From Candidatus Omnitrophota bacterium (GTDB lineage Bacteria; Omnitrophota; Omnitrophia; Omnitrophales; Aquincolibacteriaceae), in the NCBI GenBank assembly GCA_016930235.1, contig JAFGHI010000015.1, forward strand, positions 4,218 through 68,217: a stretch of DNA of 64,000 nt. The letters run 5' to 3'. The stretch's first letter is position 1. The number at the start of each line of letters is the position of its first letter. A program made the position numbers and the translations under genes. Shown here in pieces: positions 18,560 through 28,317 of the stretch. The notes under the pieces are model-generated. The model was not told where the DNA came from, made no database searches, and saw only the letters and a list, made by a program, of their open reading frames with translations.

Positions 18560-21181
18560 CTATTTCCCGGATCTTATGTTTTGTATCTTTGCAAGTAACG
18601 CTACGCGAACCTGTTCAACAAGTTGTTCCTTGCTTTCAAGTTCTTGGATTTTGGCTTGCGCCACTTTCTGCCAAGCTTCTTTTTGCGTTTCAAACTGGGT
18701 TTCTTTATTCTTTAAGGTATTCCAATGGTTTTCAAATTCTTTGATACGACGGTTGAGATCCTCTTCACGGTTTTGGAAATTCTTTTCGGTTTCCTTATTA
18801 TCTTGCTCCAATTTCTGCCGTTTCTCTTCAATCTCAACTAAGAGCGACTCGATCCTTTTCCGATCTACGCCGATAATTGCTTTCTCCCTCTGAAGTTGCA
18901 GAATTTTTTCACCGGCTTCCGACTTCAATTTTTCGTCACTAATCATCCGTTTGATTTCCTGCCAATCGTCTCTCTGTTTGGCAAAGAAGGCCTTCTCCCG
19001 TCTTAATTGGGCACTCGCCTTATCAAAACGAGCTGTCTTTTCTCTGATCCGTGTCTCCTGATTTTCTACTCTATTTTCGCGCTGTTTGAGTTGTTCTTTT
19101 TCGCGATCCAAGGCGCGGCGCTCAGTTTCAAGACCCACTTTTTCCTTTTCAACAGCAGCGACACGCGCTTTCAATTCTTCATAATTTTGCAATTGATTCT
19201 TAAGTGAGGATTCTTTGTCGGCAAGTGCCTTTTCTCGCACCCGAAGAGCCTCTTCTTCCTGTTTCTTTTCAGCTTGCAAAGACACACGCTCGGCTTTCAA
19301 AAGTTTTAATTGATCCGCCAGAGCTTGTTTTTCCTGCGCCATTTTCTTTCTAGCGTCATCAAAACTTGCATTCCGGGATTCCCATTCTTTCTTCTTCTCC
19401 TCCCAAGAATTGATTTCCGTACGATAATCATTCCATTTTTCATCCAGCACAGCTTTCTCGTTTTGTACGGTCTTGGCCCGCAAAACAAGACTTTCTTCCT
19501 CTTTTCTTTTCTCCGCCGCCCATAGACCTTGCTGCTCTTCAAAAGCTTGTTTCTGCTGATAAAGTTCGTTACGTGCACGGACAACGTCCTGTGCTTTTTG
19601 ATCAAGAGCTACCCTCTTGGCCTCAACCATCTCACGAAGCTTCTCAAGATCCTGCCTTTCCTTTTCCAATCCTTGGCGCATCACCCGAAGAGATTCCCGA
19701 TCTCTCTCCAATTCCTGGATCTGCCCCTCCAATGATTGAACTTTGAGTTCAAGCAACTTCTTTTCCTTCGAAACCCTGCCCTGCTCCAACATTCTTTCTT
19801 CTTCGATCGATCTTCGCTTAGCTTCAATCGCCGTCATGGCGCGCCGCATTTCTTCCCGTTCCAACGACATCGCTTTTCTTTCTTCCTCAAAAGCCATGAT
19901 CTTCTGCTGCCATTTCCCCCTTTCCTCATTCCATTGAGCGGCTTTCCCTTGAAACTCGCGAACACGGGATTCTAACAGCGTTTTTTGCTCCTGAAGTTTT
20001 TCAGCTCTCACCGAAATCTGGTTCAAGGCGTCATCTTTCTTCGAACCCCAAGCGCTTTGCATTTCCTGAAATTCTTGTTTTTCAGCTTGGATGCCTTTGC
20101 GGACGAGCGCCAATTCCTGAAGCTTCTCGTTTAACTCGCGCTCGCGCGCACTCAATGCTTCTTTTTCCTGATCCACCCCGGACATTCTCGCTTCAAATTC
20201 TCGCTCTCTATCTTTCAAGATCTGCCATTGTTTCTCCAATTGCTGACCCTTTACCTGCAACTCGCTAAAAGCAGCTTTCTTTTTTTCTCCCAAAATCTGC
20301 TGGGCCTCGTTTATTTTTCTCTGTTGCTCGTGAAGTTTTTCCCGCACCAAAACAAGATTCGAAACCTTCTCGCGAAGAGCCTCCTCCTTAAGTTGAATCT
20401 GCTTACGAGCTTCGCCCAGGTCCTTCACTTTCTGTCCCACATCTTGTTCTTTTACACTCAGGGCTTTTTCACGCTCCCCCAATTGGGTCATTGCACGCTC
20501 AATCGTTTTCGATTTTTCCTCGATTTCTCGCTCTTTTTGGGTGAGCCATTTTTCCTTCCGTTCAAGAGACTGCCTTTCTTTGTCAACGGAAGATTCGTAT
20601 TCCTTAAACTCATTGATCTTTTCCTGCATTAAAGGCCACTCGCGACGTACTTCCTGCGGGATCGACTTAACGGCCCTTTCTTCTTTGATCACGGAAGGCG
20701 CTTCGGGCCGGATAATGGTTTCATCAAGAATGGGTTTTGCCAAATCGCTCATCATGGAATCAAATTCGTTTTCCCACTGATCATCCAAAACACCTTCTGA
20801 AAAATCCGTCTCCCAAGGCTCAGGATCTCCGCTTTGCGGCATCACAACCCCTTGGAAGGCGCCTTTCATCTCATCCATTCGGGGGTCACTTTGCTTGGGG
20901 GCAGACTCTTTCCACCAAAAACTCTCGTTCTTCTGAGATTTGAAGGCCTCCATTTCTTCGGTAATCTGCTGAAGGGTTTTCGAGGGATCTGCGCTGTTGC
21001 CTTCGGCCATTTCCTGATTCTCTCTGGAAGGAACCTTGGGCCCGTCAAAACCAGAGGCAATTTGTTTGGCTATCTGCCGGCCGGCAATGACAGCTTGAAC
21101 AGGAACTTCGAAAACAAAACAAATGAAAACAAAACAGATAAGGGTACAAGTGAAAAGAAGAACCGGTGATCTCTTTTTCAT
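18560..21181 (-). CDS. Giant (~873 aa) membrane-anchored coiled-coil protein, paralogous to 14304..18239
   Basis: Start set at MKKRSPVLLFTCTLICFVFICFVF (signal anchor) with GAGG 9 nt upstream. The ORF track extends to 21310. Remainder E/K/R/Q-rich with the same aromatic-W modules: EKWLTQKERE, KQWQILKDRE, AQWNEERGKWQQK, INSWEEKKKEWESR, DDWQEIKR. Confidence 0.7.
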   Translation of the reverse strand: MKKRSPVLLFTCTLICFVFICFVFEVPVQAVIAGRQIAKQIASGFDGPKVPSRENQEMAEGNSADPSKTLQQITEEMEAFKSQKNESFWWKESAPKQSDPRMDEMKGAFQGVVMPQSGDPEPWETDFSEGVLDDQWENEFDSMMSDLAKPILDETIIRPEAPSVIKEERAVKSIPQEVRREWPLMQEKINEFKEYESSVDKERQSLERKEKWLTQKEREIEEKSKTIERAMTQLGEREKALSVKEQDVGQKVKDLGEARKQIQLKEEALREKVSNLVLVREKLHEQQRKINEAQQILGEKKKAAFSELQVKGQQLEKQWQILKDREREFEARMSGVDQEKEALSARERELNEKLQELALVRKGIQAEKQEFQEMQSAWGSKKDDALNQISVRAEKLQEQKTLLESRVREFQGKAAQWNEERGKWQQKIMAFEEERKAMSLEREEMRRAMTAIEAKRRSIEEERMLEQGRVSKEKKLLELKVQSLEGQIQELERDRESLRVMRQGLEKERQDLEKLREMVEAKRVALDQKAQDVVRARNELYQQKQAFEEQQGLWAAEKRKEEESLVLRAKTVQNEKAVLDEKWNDYRTEINSWEEKKKEWESRNASFDDARKKMAQEKQALADQLKLLKAERVSLQAEKKQEEEALRVREKALADKESSLKNQLQNYEELKARVAAVEKEKVGLETERRALDREKEQLKQRENRVENQETRIREKTARFDKASAQLRREKAFFAKQRDDWQEIKRMISDEKLKSEAGEKILQLQREKAIIGVDRKRIESLLVEIEEKRQKLEQDNKETEKNFQNREEDLNRRIKEFENHWNTLKNKETQFETQKEAWQKVAQAKIQELESKEQLVEQVRVALLAKIQNIRSGK

Positions 21182-21371
21182 AATCGACCTCGTCGATGGA
21201 AGGATAAAAACATTTTCTCGCTTTATGGGTTCGGTGTCGAGCCCTTTTTTGAATTTTGTTTGTTGGGTTCGTAATTCAATCTCATTAATACAATCGGCCA
21301 TTCCAATCACGAACCTTACTATGTTCTTTAAACGTTACCCTAGTCCTCAAAATACTTTCCGACTTGAAAGG

Positions 21372-21400
21372 TTGGCACCTCCCGGAAACATTGCTATAAT
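21372..21400 (+). promoter_or_regulatory. Sigma-70-type promoter of tRNA-Arg
   Basis: TTGGCA-17 nt-TATAAT, with the -10 ending 18 nt before the mature tRNA 5' end. Confidence 0.6.
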
Positions 21401-21418
21401 ACGCTTCCCATATTTTGA

Positions 21419-21492
21419 GCCCCTATAGCTCAAATGGATAGAGCATCTCCGTCCTAAGGAGAGGGTTGCATGTTCGAGTCATGCTGGGGGCA
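21419..21492 (+). tRNA. tRNA-Arg (anticodon CCU)
   Basis: GCCCCTATAGCTCAAATGGATAGAGCATCTCCGTCCTAAGGAGAGGGTTGCATGTTCGAGTCATGCTGGGGGCA. Acceptor GCCCCTA/TGGGGGC, anticodon stem TCTCC/GGAGA with loop GTCCTAA, T-loop TTCGAGT. Confidence 0.85.
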
Positions 21493-21589
21493 CTTACCCC
21501 TTCTTGCCAAAAGAAAGAACACCGGAACGGATACCCAACTGGGAGAAGAATGACTTGATGATCTTCGTGAAGTTTTAAAGCTTAAGCCG

Positions 21590-22120
21590 CTAAAACTGAA
21601 TCAGTGAAAAAATATCATATTTTGATAGTTTTTCGCGGCCTTTGAGGAAAAGAAGCTCAACAAGGAAGACAATGCGGGCAACCTGCCCTCCCAACTTTTC
21701 AACCAACTCAGCTGCAGCTAACGCCGTTCCTCCCGTCGCCAAGAGGTCATCCACAACAATAACCCTGGCCCCTGATTCGATCGCGTCCTTATGGATCTCA
21801 AGCGTCGCCTCTCCGTATTCCAGTTGGTAGGAGATCTCCTCTGTCTGATAAGGAAGTTTCCCTTTTTTTCGGACAGGAATAAAACCCGCGCCCAAGCGAT
21901 AAGCTAAAACGGGGCTAAAAATAAACCCCCGCGACTCAATCCCCACCACATAACGAATATTGAGATCCTTTAAAGCATTCACCATCTCATCCAAGATGTG
22001 GCGGAAAACAACCGGATGTTTTAAAAGCGGCGTGATATCCTTAAAAACAATGCCTTTTTTAGGAAAATCGGGGATATCCCGCACAAAATTCTTGACCTCT
22101 TTATCATTGAGTTTGTTCAT
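21590..22120 (-). CDS. apt: Adenine phosphoribosyltransferase
   Basis: PRPP-binding motif VIVVDDLLATGGTA and IESRGFIF. 176 aa. Confidence 0.9.
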   Translation of the reverse strand: MNKLNDKEVKNFVRDIPDFPKKGIVFKDITPLLKHPVVFRHILDEMVNALKDLNIRYVVGIESRGFIFSPVLAYRLGAGFIPVRKKGKLPYQTEEISYQLEYGEATLEIHKDAIESGARVIVVDDLLATGGTALAAAELVEKLGGQVARIVFLVELLFLKGREKLSKYDIFSLIQF

Positions 22121-23343
22121 GAGGTTAAATAATTCTCCAGCCGGTCGTTTTCTTCGGATAGACGCAACCGAATCTTTTTAAGCGCCGACGCTTCAATCTG
22201 CCGCACGCGTTCCCGGGTAATCCCAAACTGCTGAGCGACTTCTTCCAAGGTATGCTCTTCTTCTTTGCCCAAACCAAACCGCAAAACCAAAATTTTACGC
22301 TCCCTTTCATCCAAAGTATCCAACAACCTCTGAATCCGTTCGTCCTTAAAAATCTCGGCCATATAAGCGTCCGGCATATGGGATGAATCATCTTCGATAA
22401 GATCAATCAGTTCAGCGGTCCCATCCAAGCTGACAGGAGCATTCAGTGAACTCGGCTTGCCTGCGATATTTTCAATCTCTTTGACTTTATGAATTGAAAT
22501 CTGCATCACGTTGGCAATCTCTTTACGGGTCGGCGGACGGTTTAATTTCTGCGTCAACCCATCCCGGACTTTCCGCCACTTGGCAATGACATCGTACATG
22601 TAAACAGGAATCCGTATGGTTTTCCCTTGGTTCGAGAGTGACCTCATAATGGCCTGTTTGATCCACCAAGAAGCATACGTTGAGAAACGGTACCCCCGGT
22701 CAGGGTTGAATTTCGTCACTGCACGCATTAATCCGATATTCCCTTCTTCAACAAGATCCGAAAAAGACAACCCCATATTGGCGTATCGTTTCGCAATGGA
22801 GATCACCAAACGAAGATTCGACCGAATCATTTGGGAACGAGCTTGAATGGCACCGCGGCTCTTATCGCGTACCCTTTCGGAAAGAACGACCTCTTCTTCA
22901 GGAGTCAGCAAGGGAATATTCTCGATCTGATCGAGATAGATTTTCATGGGAGTCCGGTCAAGCGTTTGATCTTGGGAAGTACCGCCCTGAGTTTGGCTTT
23001 CGTCATCGGGTTCGCGACGGCGTCGGCGCCGCTCATCGGGAGCTTCTAGGACGGCTTCATTTCGAAGAATGTCCCGCGCTTCCTGCCTTAACGACTGTTC
23101 TGCCGTTTTCAGCGCCTCTTTTTCCTTTGAGGTTGCGCGGGTTTTACGGACACGCTGCCTTGCAGCTTCTCTTTCAACGCGCTTCTTTTCCTGCCGGGAC
23201 CGAATCAGGGATAAAACCTCAGCCAGCGTTTTTTTCTGAGGTTTCTTTTTTGAGCGCGGCGCCCGTCCCCGTCTTTTTCCAGACGCGGTTTGACGCCGAC
23301 TCTTAGTAGATTTCTTGTTTTTCCTGCGTTTTGACTGTCCCAT
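22117..23343 (-). CDS. Sigma-70 family RNA polymerase sigma factor (RpoD-like regions 1.2-4) with a K/R-rich N-terminal extension
   Basis: Regions 2 (DLVEEGNIGLMRAVTKFNPDRGYRFSTYASWWIKQAI), 3 and 4 (LEEVAQQFGITRERVRQIE) are present. The first ~130 aa are lysine/arginine-rich instead of the acidic region 1.1. Confidence 0.85.
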   Translation of the reverse strand: MGQSKRRKNKKSTKSRRQTASGKRRGRAPRSKKKPQKKTLAEVLSLIRSRQEKKRVEREAARQRVRKTRATSKEKEALKTAEQSLRQEARDILRNEAVLEAPDERRRRRREPDDESQTQGGTSQDQTLDRTPMKIYLDQIENIPLLTPEEEVVLSERVRDKSRGAIQARSQMIRSNLRLVISIAKRYANMGLSFSDLVEEGNIGLMRAVTKFNPDRGYRFSTYASWWIKQAIMRSLSNQGKTIRIPVYMYDVIAKWRKVRDGLTQKLNRPPTRKEIANVMQISIHKVKEIENIAGKPSSLNAPVSLDGTAELIDLIEDDSSHMPDAYMAEIFKDERIQRLLDTLDERERKILVLRFGLGKEEEHTLEEVAQQFGITRERVRQIEASALKKIRLRLSEENDRLENYLTS

Positions 23344-23359
23344 TCTCTCTCGTCAAAAA

Positions 23360-26014
23360 CTATTTTTTTTCGCGAATCACCGCTTGAGCCGCCGCTAACC
23401 TGGCAATCGGAACTCGATAAGGCGAACAGCTGACATAATTCATCCCCACGTGATGACAAAACTCAACCGATTCCGGATCACCGCCGTGCTCACCGCAAAT
23501 CCCAATTTTTAAATCTGGTCTAACTTTTCGACCTTTTTGAACGCCAAGTTGAACTAAAATCCCGACCCCCTCTTGGTCAAGGCTCTGGAAAGGATCTTTC
23601 TCATAAATCCCCTGAGCCACATATTCCCCGAGAAAAGACCCGGCATCATCACGCGAAAAACCTAAAGCCATTTGAGTCAAGTCATTGGTTCCAAACGAGA
23701 AAAATTCCGCGCTCTCGGCAATACGATCAGCCGTCAAAGCGGCCCGAGGAACTTCAATCATCGTCCCGATCATATAGTCGACCTTGGTCTTCTTCTCTTC
23801 AAAAACCTGAGCAATCACCTTTTCCACTTTCTCTTTAATAATATCGAATTCCTTCTTATGGCCCACGAGTGGGATCATGATCTCAGGAAGGACTTTAATC
23901 CCCTGCTTCTTGACATTGCATGCCGCTTCCACAATCGCCCGAACCTGCATTTCATAAATTTCAGGATAGGTGATGGCAAGACGGCATCCACGGTGCCCCA
24001 GCATCGGATTAAATTCGTGGAGGCTGTTGACTTTCTGCTTAACCGTTTCGGGAGACACCTTTAAGACTTCCGCCATTTCACGTTGATTTTCATCTTCGTG
24101 CGGCAAGAACTCATGGAGCGGCGGGTCCAGCAAACGAACCGTCACAGGAAGTCCCTTCATGGCCTTGAAGATCCCTTCAAAATCCGCACGCTGGATCGGA
24201 AGCAGCTTCTGCAGGGCTTTCTCCCGGCCTTCTTTATTTTCCGCAAGAATCATCTCCCGGACAGCGATAATCCGGTCCCCTTCAAAAAACATATGCTCGG
24301 TTCGGCAAAGCCCGATCCCTTCGGCTCCGAAATTCCTGGCAACCTCCGAATCTTTGGGCGTATCCGCATTCGTCCTAACCTTCAATTTGCGGAATTTGTC
24401 GGCCCATTTCATTAACTTGCCGAAATCCCCGGACAACTGGACCTCAACAGTATTAATTTTACCCGCATAAACCTCCCCCAATGTCCCATCGAGAGAAATA
24501 AATTCTCCCTCTTTAATCACCCGGTTTCCTATGCGGAATTCTTTCGCATCGTAATTGATCTTCATATCACCGGCGCCGGCAACACAACATTTTCCCATTC
24601 CGCGTGCCACAACGGCTGCATGGGAAGTCATTCCTCCGCGTGCCGTCAAAATACCTTTAGCAGCATCCATCCCGCCGATATCTTCAGGAGAAGTTTCAAT
24701 CCGAACCAGGATGACCTTTTCTCCTTTGGCGGTCCAGGCTTCAGCATCATCCGCATTAAAGACCACTTTCCCTGACGCCGCTCCCGGAGAAGCCGGAAGC
24801 CCTTTGACCAAAAAATCCCGTTTGGCTTTGGGATCAAAGGTCGGATGAAGTAACTGATCTAACTGTTTGGGGTCCACCCGCAAAATAGCTTCTTTCTCCG
24901 TCAGGACCCCTTCCTTCACAAATTCGACCGCAGTACGCACAGCCGCGTGGGCCGTTCTTTTTCCATTGCGCGTCTGCAGGAGAAACAGTTTCCCCTCTTG
25001 AATTGTAAATTCGATATCTTGCATATCGCGGTAATGTTTCTCCAGCCTTGCGCGAATCGCACACAGTTCTTTATAAATTACCGGCCAATGTTTTGCCATA
25101 TCGGAAAGAGGTTCGGGCGTCCGGATCCCTGCAACAACGTCCTCCCCTTGAGCATTGACTAAGAATTCACCGTAAAATTTGTTTTCCCCCGTTGATGGGT
25201 TGCGCGTAAAACAAACCCCCGTCCCGGAAGTATCACCCATATTTCCAAAAACCATGGCTTGGACGTTTACCGCCGTCCCCAACAATCCGCGGATTTCATT
25301 CAGTTGACGATACCGAATCGCGCGGGGATTATGCCACGAACTAAAAACAGCATTAATTGCCTTCGAAAGCTGCTCATAGGGGTCTGATGGAAATTCTTCG
25401 CCCGTTTCTTCCTGATAAACCTTCTTATATTGACGGACAATTTCCTTCAGATCATTGCCCGTGAGTTCCACATCCAACTTATACCCGCATTGTTCTTTTT
25501 TCTTCTCCAGAATGTGTTCAAATTTTTCGTGTTTCACATTCATCACGACGTTCCCGAACATCTGAATGAACCGGCGGTAAGCGTCCCAGGCAAAACGGTC
25601 GTTTTCTGTTTTGATGATGAGTCCCTGAACAACATCCGAATTAAGCCCAAGATTAAGAACTGTATCCATCATCCCCGGCATCGAGACAGCGGCCCCGCTT
25701 CGAACCGAAACTAGAAGTGGATTATCACGATCGCCAAAACCGGCACCCATCGAATGCTCAAGTTTTTTCATATTGTCTTTGATTTGTTCTTCTAAACCGG
25801 CAGGCCACTTTTTCCCCGATTGATAAAAAAGATCGCAGGTCTCTGTTGTAATGGTAAACCCGGAAGGCACAGGAATGTCAAGATTGGTCATCTCCGCCAA
25901 GTTGGCCCCTTTTCCACCCAGGAGCCCCTTCATCTTGGCGCTTCCTTCAGCTTTTCCACTCCCGAAAAAATAAACGTATTTAGACTTTTTTGTTTTGGAT
26001 GTCTTAGATGTCAT
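23360..26014 (-). CDS. ppdK: Pyruvate, phosphate dikinase
   Basis: Phospho-histidine motif GGMTSHAAVVARGMGKCCVAG, N-terminal YVYFFGSGKAEG, C-terminal PEP-utilising TIM-barrel motifs. Start approximated at MTSKTSK. The ORF track runs to 26059. Confidence 0.9.
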   Translation of the reverse strand: MTSKTSKTKKSKYVYFFGSGKAEGSAKMKGLLGGKGANLAEMTNLDIPVPSGFTITTETCDLFYQSGKKWPAGLEEQIKDNMKKLEHSMGAGFGDRDNPLLVSVRSGAAVSMPGMMDTVLNLGLNSDVVQGLIIKTENDRFAWDAYRRFIQMFGNVVMNVKHEKFEHILEKKKEQCGYKLDVELTGNDLKEIVRQYKKVYQEETGEEFPSDPYEQLSKAINAVFSSWHNPRAIRYRQLNEIRGLLGTAVNVQAMVFGNMGDTSGTGVCFTRNPSTGENKFYGEFLVNAQGEDVVAGIRTPEPLSDMAKHWPVIYKELCAIRARLEKHYRDMQDIEFTIQEGKLFLLQTRNGKRTAHAAVRTAVEFVKEGVLTEKEAILRVDPKQLDQLLHPTFDPKAKRDFLVKGLPASPGAASGKVVFNADDAEAWTAKGEKVILVRIETSPEDIGGMDAAKGILTARGGMTSHAAVVARGMGKCCVAGAGDMKINYDAKEFRIGNRVIKEGEFISLDGTLGEVYAGKINTVEVQLSGDFGKLMKWADKFRKLKVRTNADTPKDSEVARNFGAEGIGLCRTEHMFFEGDRIIAVREMILAENKEGREKALQKLLPIQRADFEGIFKAMKGLPVTVRLLDPPLHEFLPHEDENQREMAEVLKVSPETVKQKVNSLHEFNPMLGHRGCRLAITYPEIYEMQVRAIVEAACNVKKQGIKVLPEIMIPLVGHKKEFDIIKEKVEKVIAQVFEEKKTKVDYMIGTMIEVPRAALTADRIAESAEFFSFGTNDLTQMALGFSRDDAGSFLGEYVAQGIYEKDPFQSLDQEGVGILVQLGVQKGRKVRPDLKIGICGEHGGDPESVEFCHHVGMNYVSCSPYRVPIARLAAAQAVIREKK

Positions 26015-26192
26015 CTTGCCCTTCCTTGTTAGTGTTTTCATAATAGATTCCCCTTTCAAATGATGGCACCGGATAATTACGATGCTAAAATGAACTCAGG
26101 CTGGTCTTCTTGTGGAAGATTACCGCGTTCCCCAACGTTAATGATGATAATCACTTACAGCTATTATCACCGCGAACAAACGAGGTATTATA

Positions 26193-28307
26193 TCACTTCC
26201 CCTCTAATTTTGTAAGCAAAGAAAGATCGGCTGTTTTTTCAGCATAAAGACGGTTAATCTTTTTCATTAAGGCATGCCTGTTCAATCGTATTCCCGGGTC
26301 CTCCACATTGACGAGAACCGTCTCAAAAAAATCGTGAACCGTTTGATAGAAAACCTCTCCGAAAACAAGGGTCCCTTTCCGATAATCCTTCCTTTGAAGT
26401 ATCTCTCTGATCTCATCGGACTTGCTTTCGAATAAAGCAAAAAGTTTATGCTCAAGATCATGCTGAAATAATCCGGAATCAACTTTTTCGGGAACGCTTT
26501 CCTTAACCCCTTTTAAGATATTGGCGGTCCTTTCGACAACCTTAGCCGCTTTCAAAAAAGCCTCGGGATTTTTTTGATTCAATTCCAATAAAACATGATA
26601 ACGTTCAAAAACATCCGCAAGATCATCCGAAGAGGCCTCCCAAACAGCTTGGAAGATCTCCATCGACCGGTCCTGAAAATTTGTCTGCAGCTCAAACGCA
26701 ACTCTTTCCTTAAAAAAACCTGTTAACCGGCTTTTCAATTCCGGAAAATCCAGGCTGATGACCTTTCCGTACAACGAAGCCGATTCCTCGACCGCTTTCG
26801 ACAAAGAAAAATGAAATCGGAAAGCCCGAATAAGTTTAACCAAGATCCCGCCGGCGCGCCGAAGCGCAAAAGGGTCCTGACTGCCCGTCGGTTCGAGACC
26901 TGTCCCAAAAGCACCGACCACAAGATCCAAGCGGTCCAGGACCCCAAAAAGCCCGCCTAAGCGAGTCATGCTCGATGCTACTTCTTGAAAATCTTCGCTC
27001 AAATTCTTCGGTAAATATTGAGCCCCGATGGCTTTCGCAACACTTTCTTTCTCCCCGGCTTCCAGCGCATATTCCCGGCCGACAATCCCTTGAAGATCCG
27101 GGAATTCATAGACAAGTTGGGTCACCAAATCAATCTTAGAAAGTTTGGCGGCCCTTTTAAGGTCTTCCTGGAACTCCCCCAACCCGGTCATTTCACACAA
27201 ACGTTGCGCTAACTTCTCTAACCGGGCTGTCTTATCCCGCATCGTACCGAGTTTCCCCAAGTAGACAATCTGCTCCAGTAACGGCTCTTTCTTCCCAAGC
27301 GTTTCTTTGGTATCCGCATCATAGAAATACCTCGCGTCCTTCAGCCGGGATTCCAACACGTTTTCATAATCTGCCTTAATCTGGGAAAGCGCCCCGCGTT
27401 TACCATTCATCACGGCCACAAATTTACCGGTTGGGCGCTTCTTCAAGTCATAACACGCAAAGATCTTTTGATTCTTCTTCATGCAGCTGGCGAGAACCTC
27501 GGACGGAAGATCCAAATAGGACTTTGAAAACTTGCCCTCTAAAATAAAGGGTTCCTCCACAAGCTGGGCGGTCGTATGGACCAATTCCTCATCGATAAAT
27601 TTCTGTTGATATTTTCTGGCAAGGGCCTGTTCAATCACAGCTTTCCTTTTCTCCAAACTCAGGACGACATGATGTCTTTTAAGCAAGGATTCATAAGTTT
27701 TCCAGTCCGCTTTTTTCAGCGGAAAGGATTTGGGAGATAAGAATCTGTGGCCATAACTTTTGGCTTCGGCTTCCAAGCCGGCCAATTCGAAATTGACTTT
27801 CTTCTGATCCAATAAAGCAACGACCCAGCGGACCGGCCGGGGGAAGCGAAAACCGCTCGGTTCCCACCGCATGAGTTTGGGGAACGGCAACGTTGTAAAA
27901 ACTTCCGTCAAAAGAGAAGGAAGCAGTGAAACCATGAATTTCCCTTTTTCCTTCTTTTGAATAGCAACGAATTTCCCTTTCGGTGTTTCCCGGCTCTTGA
28001 CATCCTTTTCAGCCGCATTCTTGGCTTTCAAAAAACCTTGAAGGGCAGTTGTGGCTTTCCCCTCCGTATTGAAAGCCTTCTCCCACGATGGCCCCGTTAT
28101 CTCAAGTATTTGATCTTCCTGTTTGACGGGCAGGCCCGTTATCCATAAGGCGATACGTCGGGGAGTTGCCTCGACTTTGATTTCCTTTGGAGCAATTCTG
28201 TTTTCCCGAAAAACACTTCTAACCTTTTGCTCCAATTGCGAATAGATCACATCTAAGCTGGCCAGAGGCAATTCCTCGGTTCCGATTTCGACAAGAAGGT
28301 TGGGCAT
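26193..28307 (-). CDS. glyS: Glycine--tRNA ligase beta subunit
   Basis: MPNLLVEIGTEELP N-terminus typical of GlyS. The ORF-track N-terminal extension would overlap glyQ, so the start is set 11 nt downstream of the glyQ stop. Confidence 0.9.
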   Translation of the reverse strand: MPNLLVEIGTEELPLASLDVIYSQLEQKVRSVFRENRIAPKEIKVEATPRRIALWITGLPVKQEDQILEITGPSWEKAFNTEGKATTALQGFLKAKNAAEKDVKSRETPKGKFVAIQKKEKGKFMVSLLPSLLTEVFTTLPFPKLMRWEPSGFRFPRPVRWVVALLDQKKVNFELAGLEAEAKSYGHRFLSPKSFPLKKADWKTYESLLKRHHVVLSLEKRKAVIEQALARKYQQKFIDEELVHTTAQLVEEPFILEGKFSKSYLDLPSEVLASCMKKNQKIFACYDLKKRPTGKFVAVMNGKRGALSQIKADYENVLESRLKDARYFYDADTKETLGKKEPLLEQIVYLGKLGTMRDKTARLEKLAQRLCEMTGLGEFQEDLKRAAKLSKIDLVTQLVYEFPDLQGIVGREYALEAGEKESVAKAIGAQYLPKNLSEDFQEVASSMTRLGGLFGVLDRLDLVVGAFGTGLEPTGSQDPFALRRAGGILVKLIRAFRFHFSLSKAVEESASLYGKVISLDFPELKSRLTGFFKERVAFELQTNFQDRSMEIFQAVWEASSDDLADVFERYHVLLELNQKNPEAFLKAAKVVERTANILKGVKESVPEKVDSGLFQHDLEHKLFALFESKSDEIREILQRKDYRKGTLVFGEVFYQTVHDFFETVLVNVEDPGIRLNRHALMKKINRLYAEKTADLSLLTKLEGK

Positions 28308-28317
28308 GAAAGATCCT

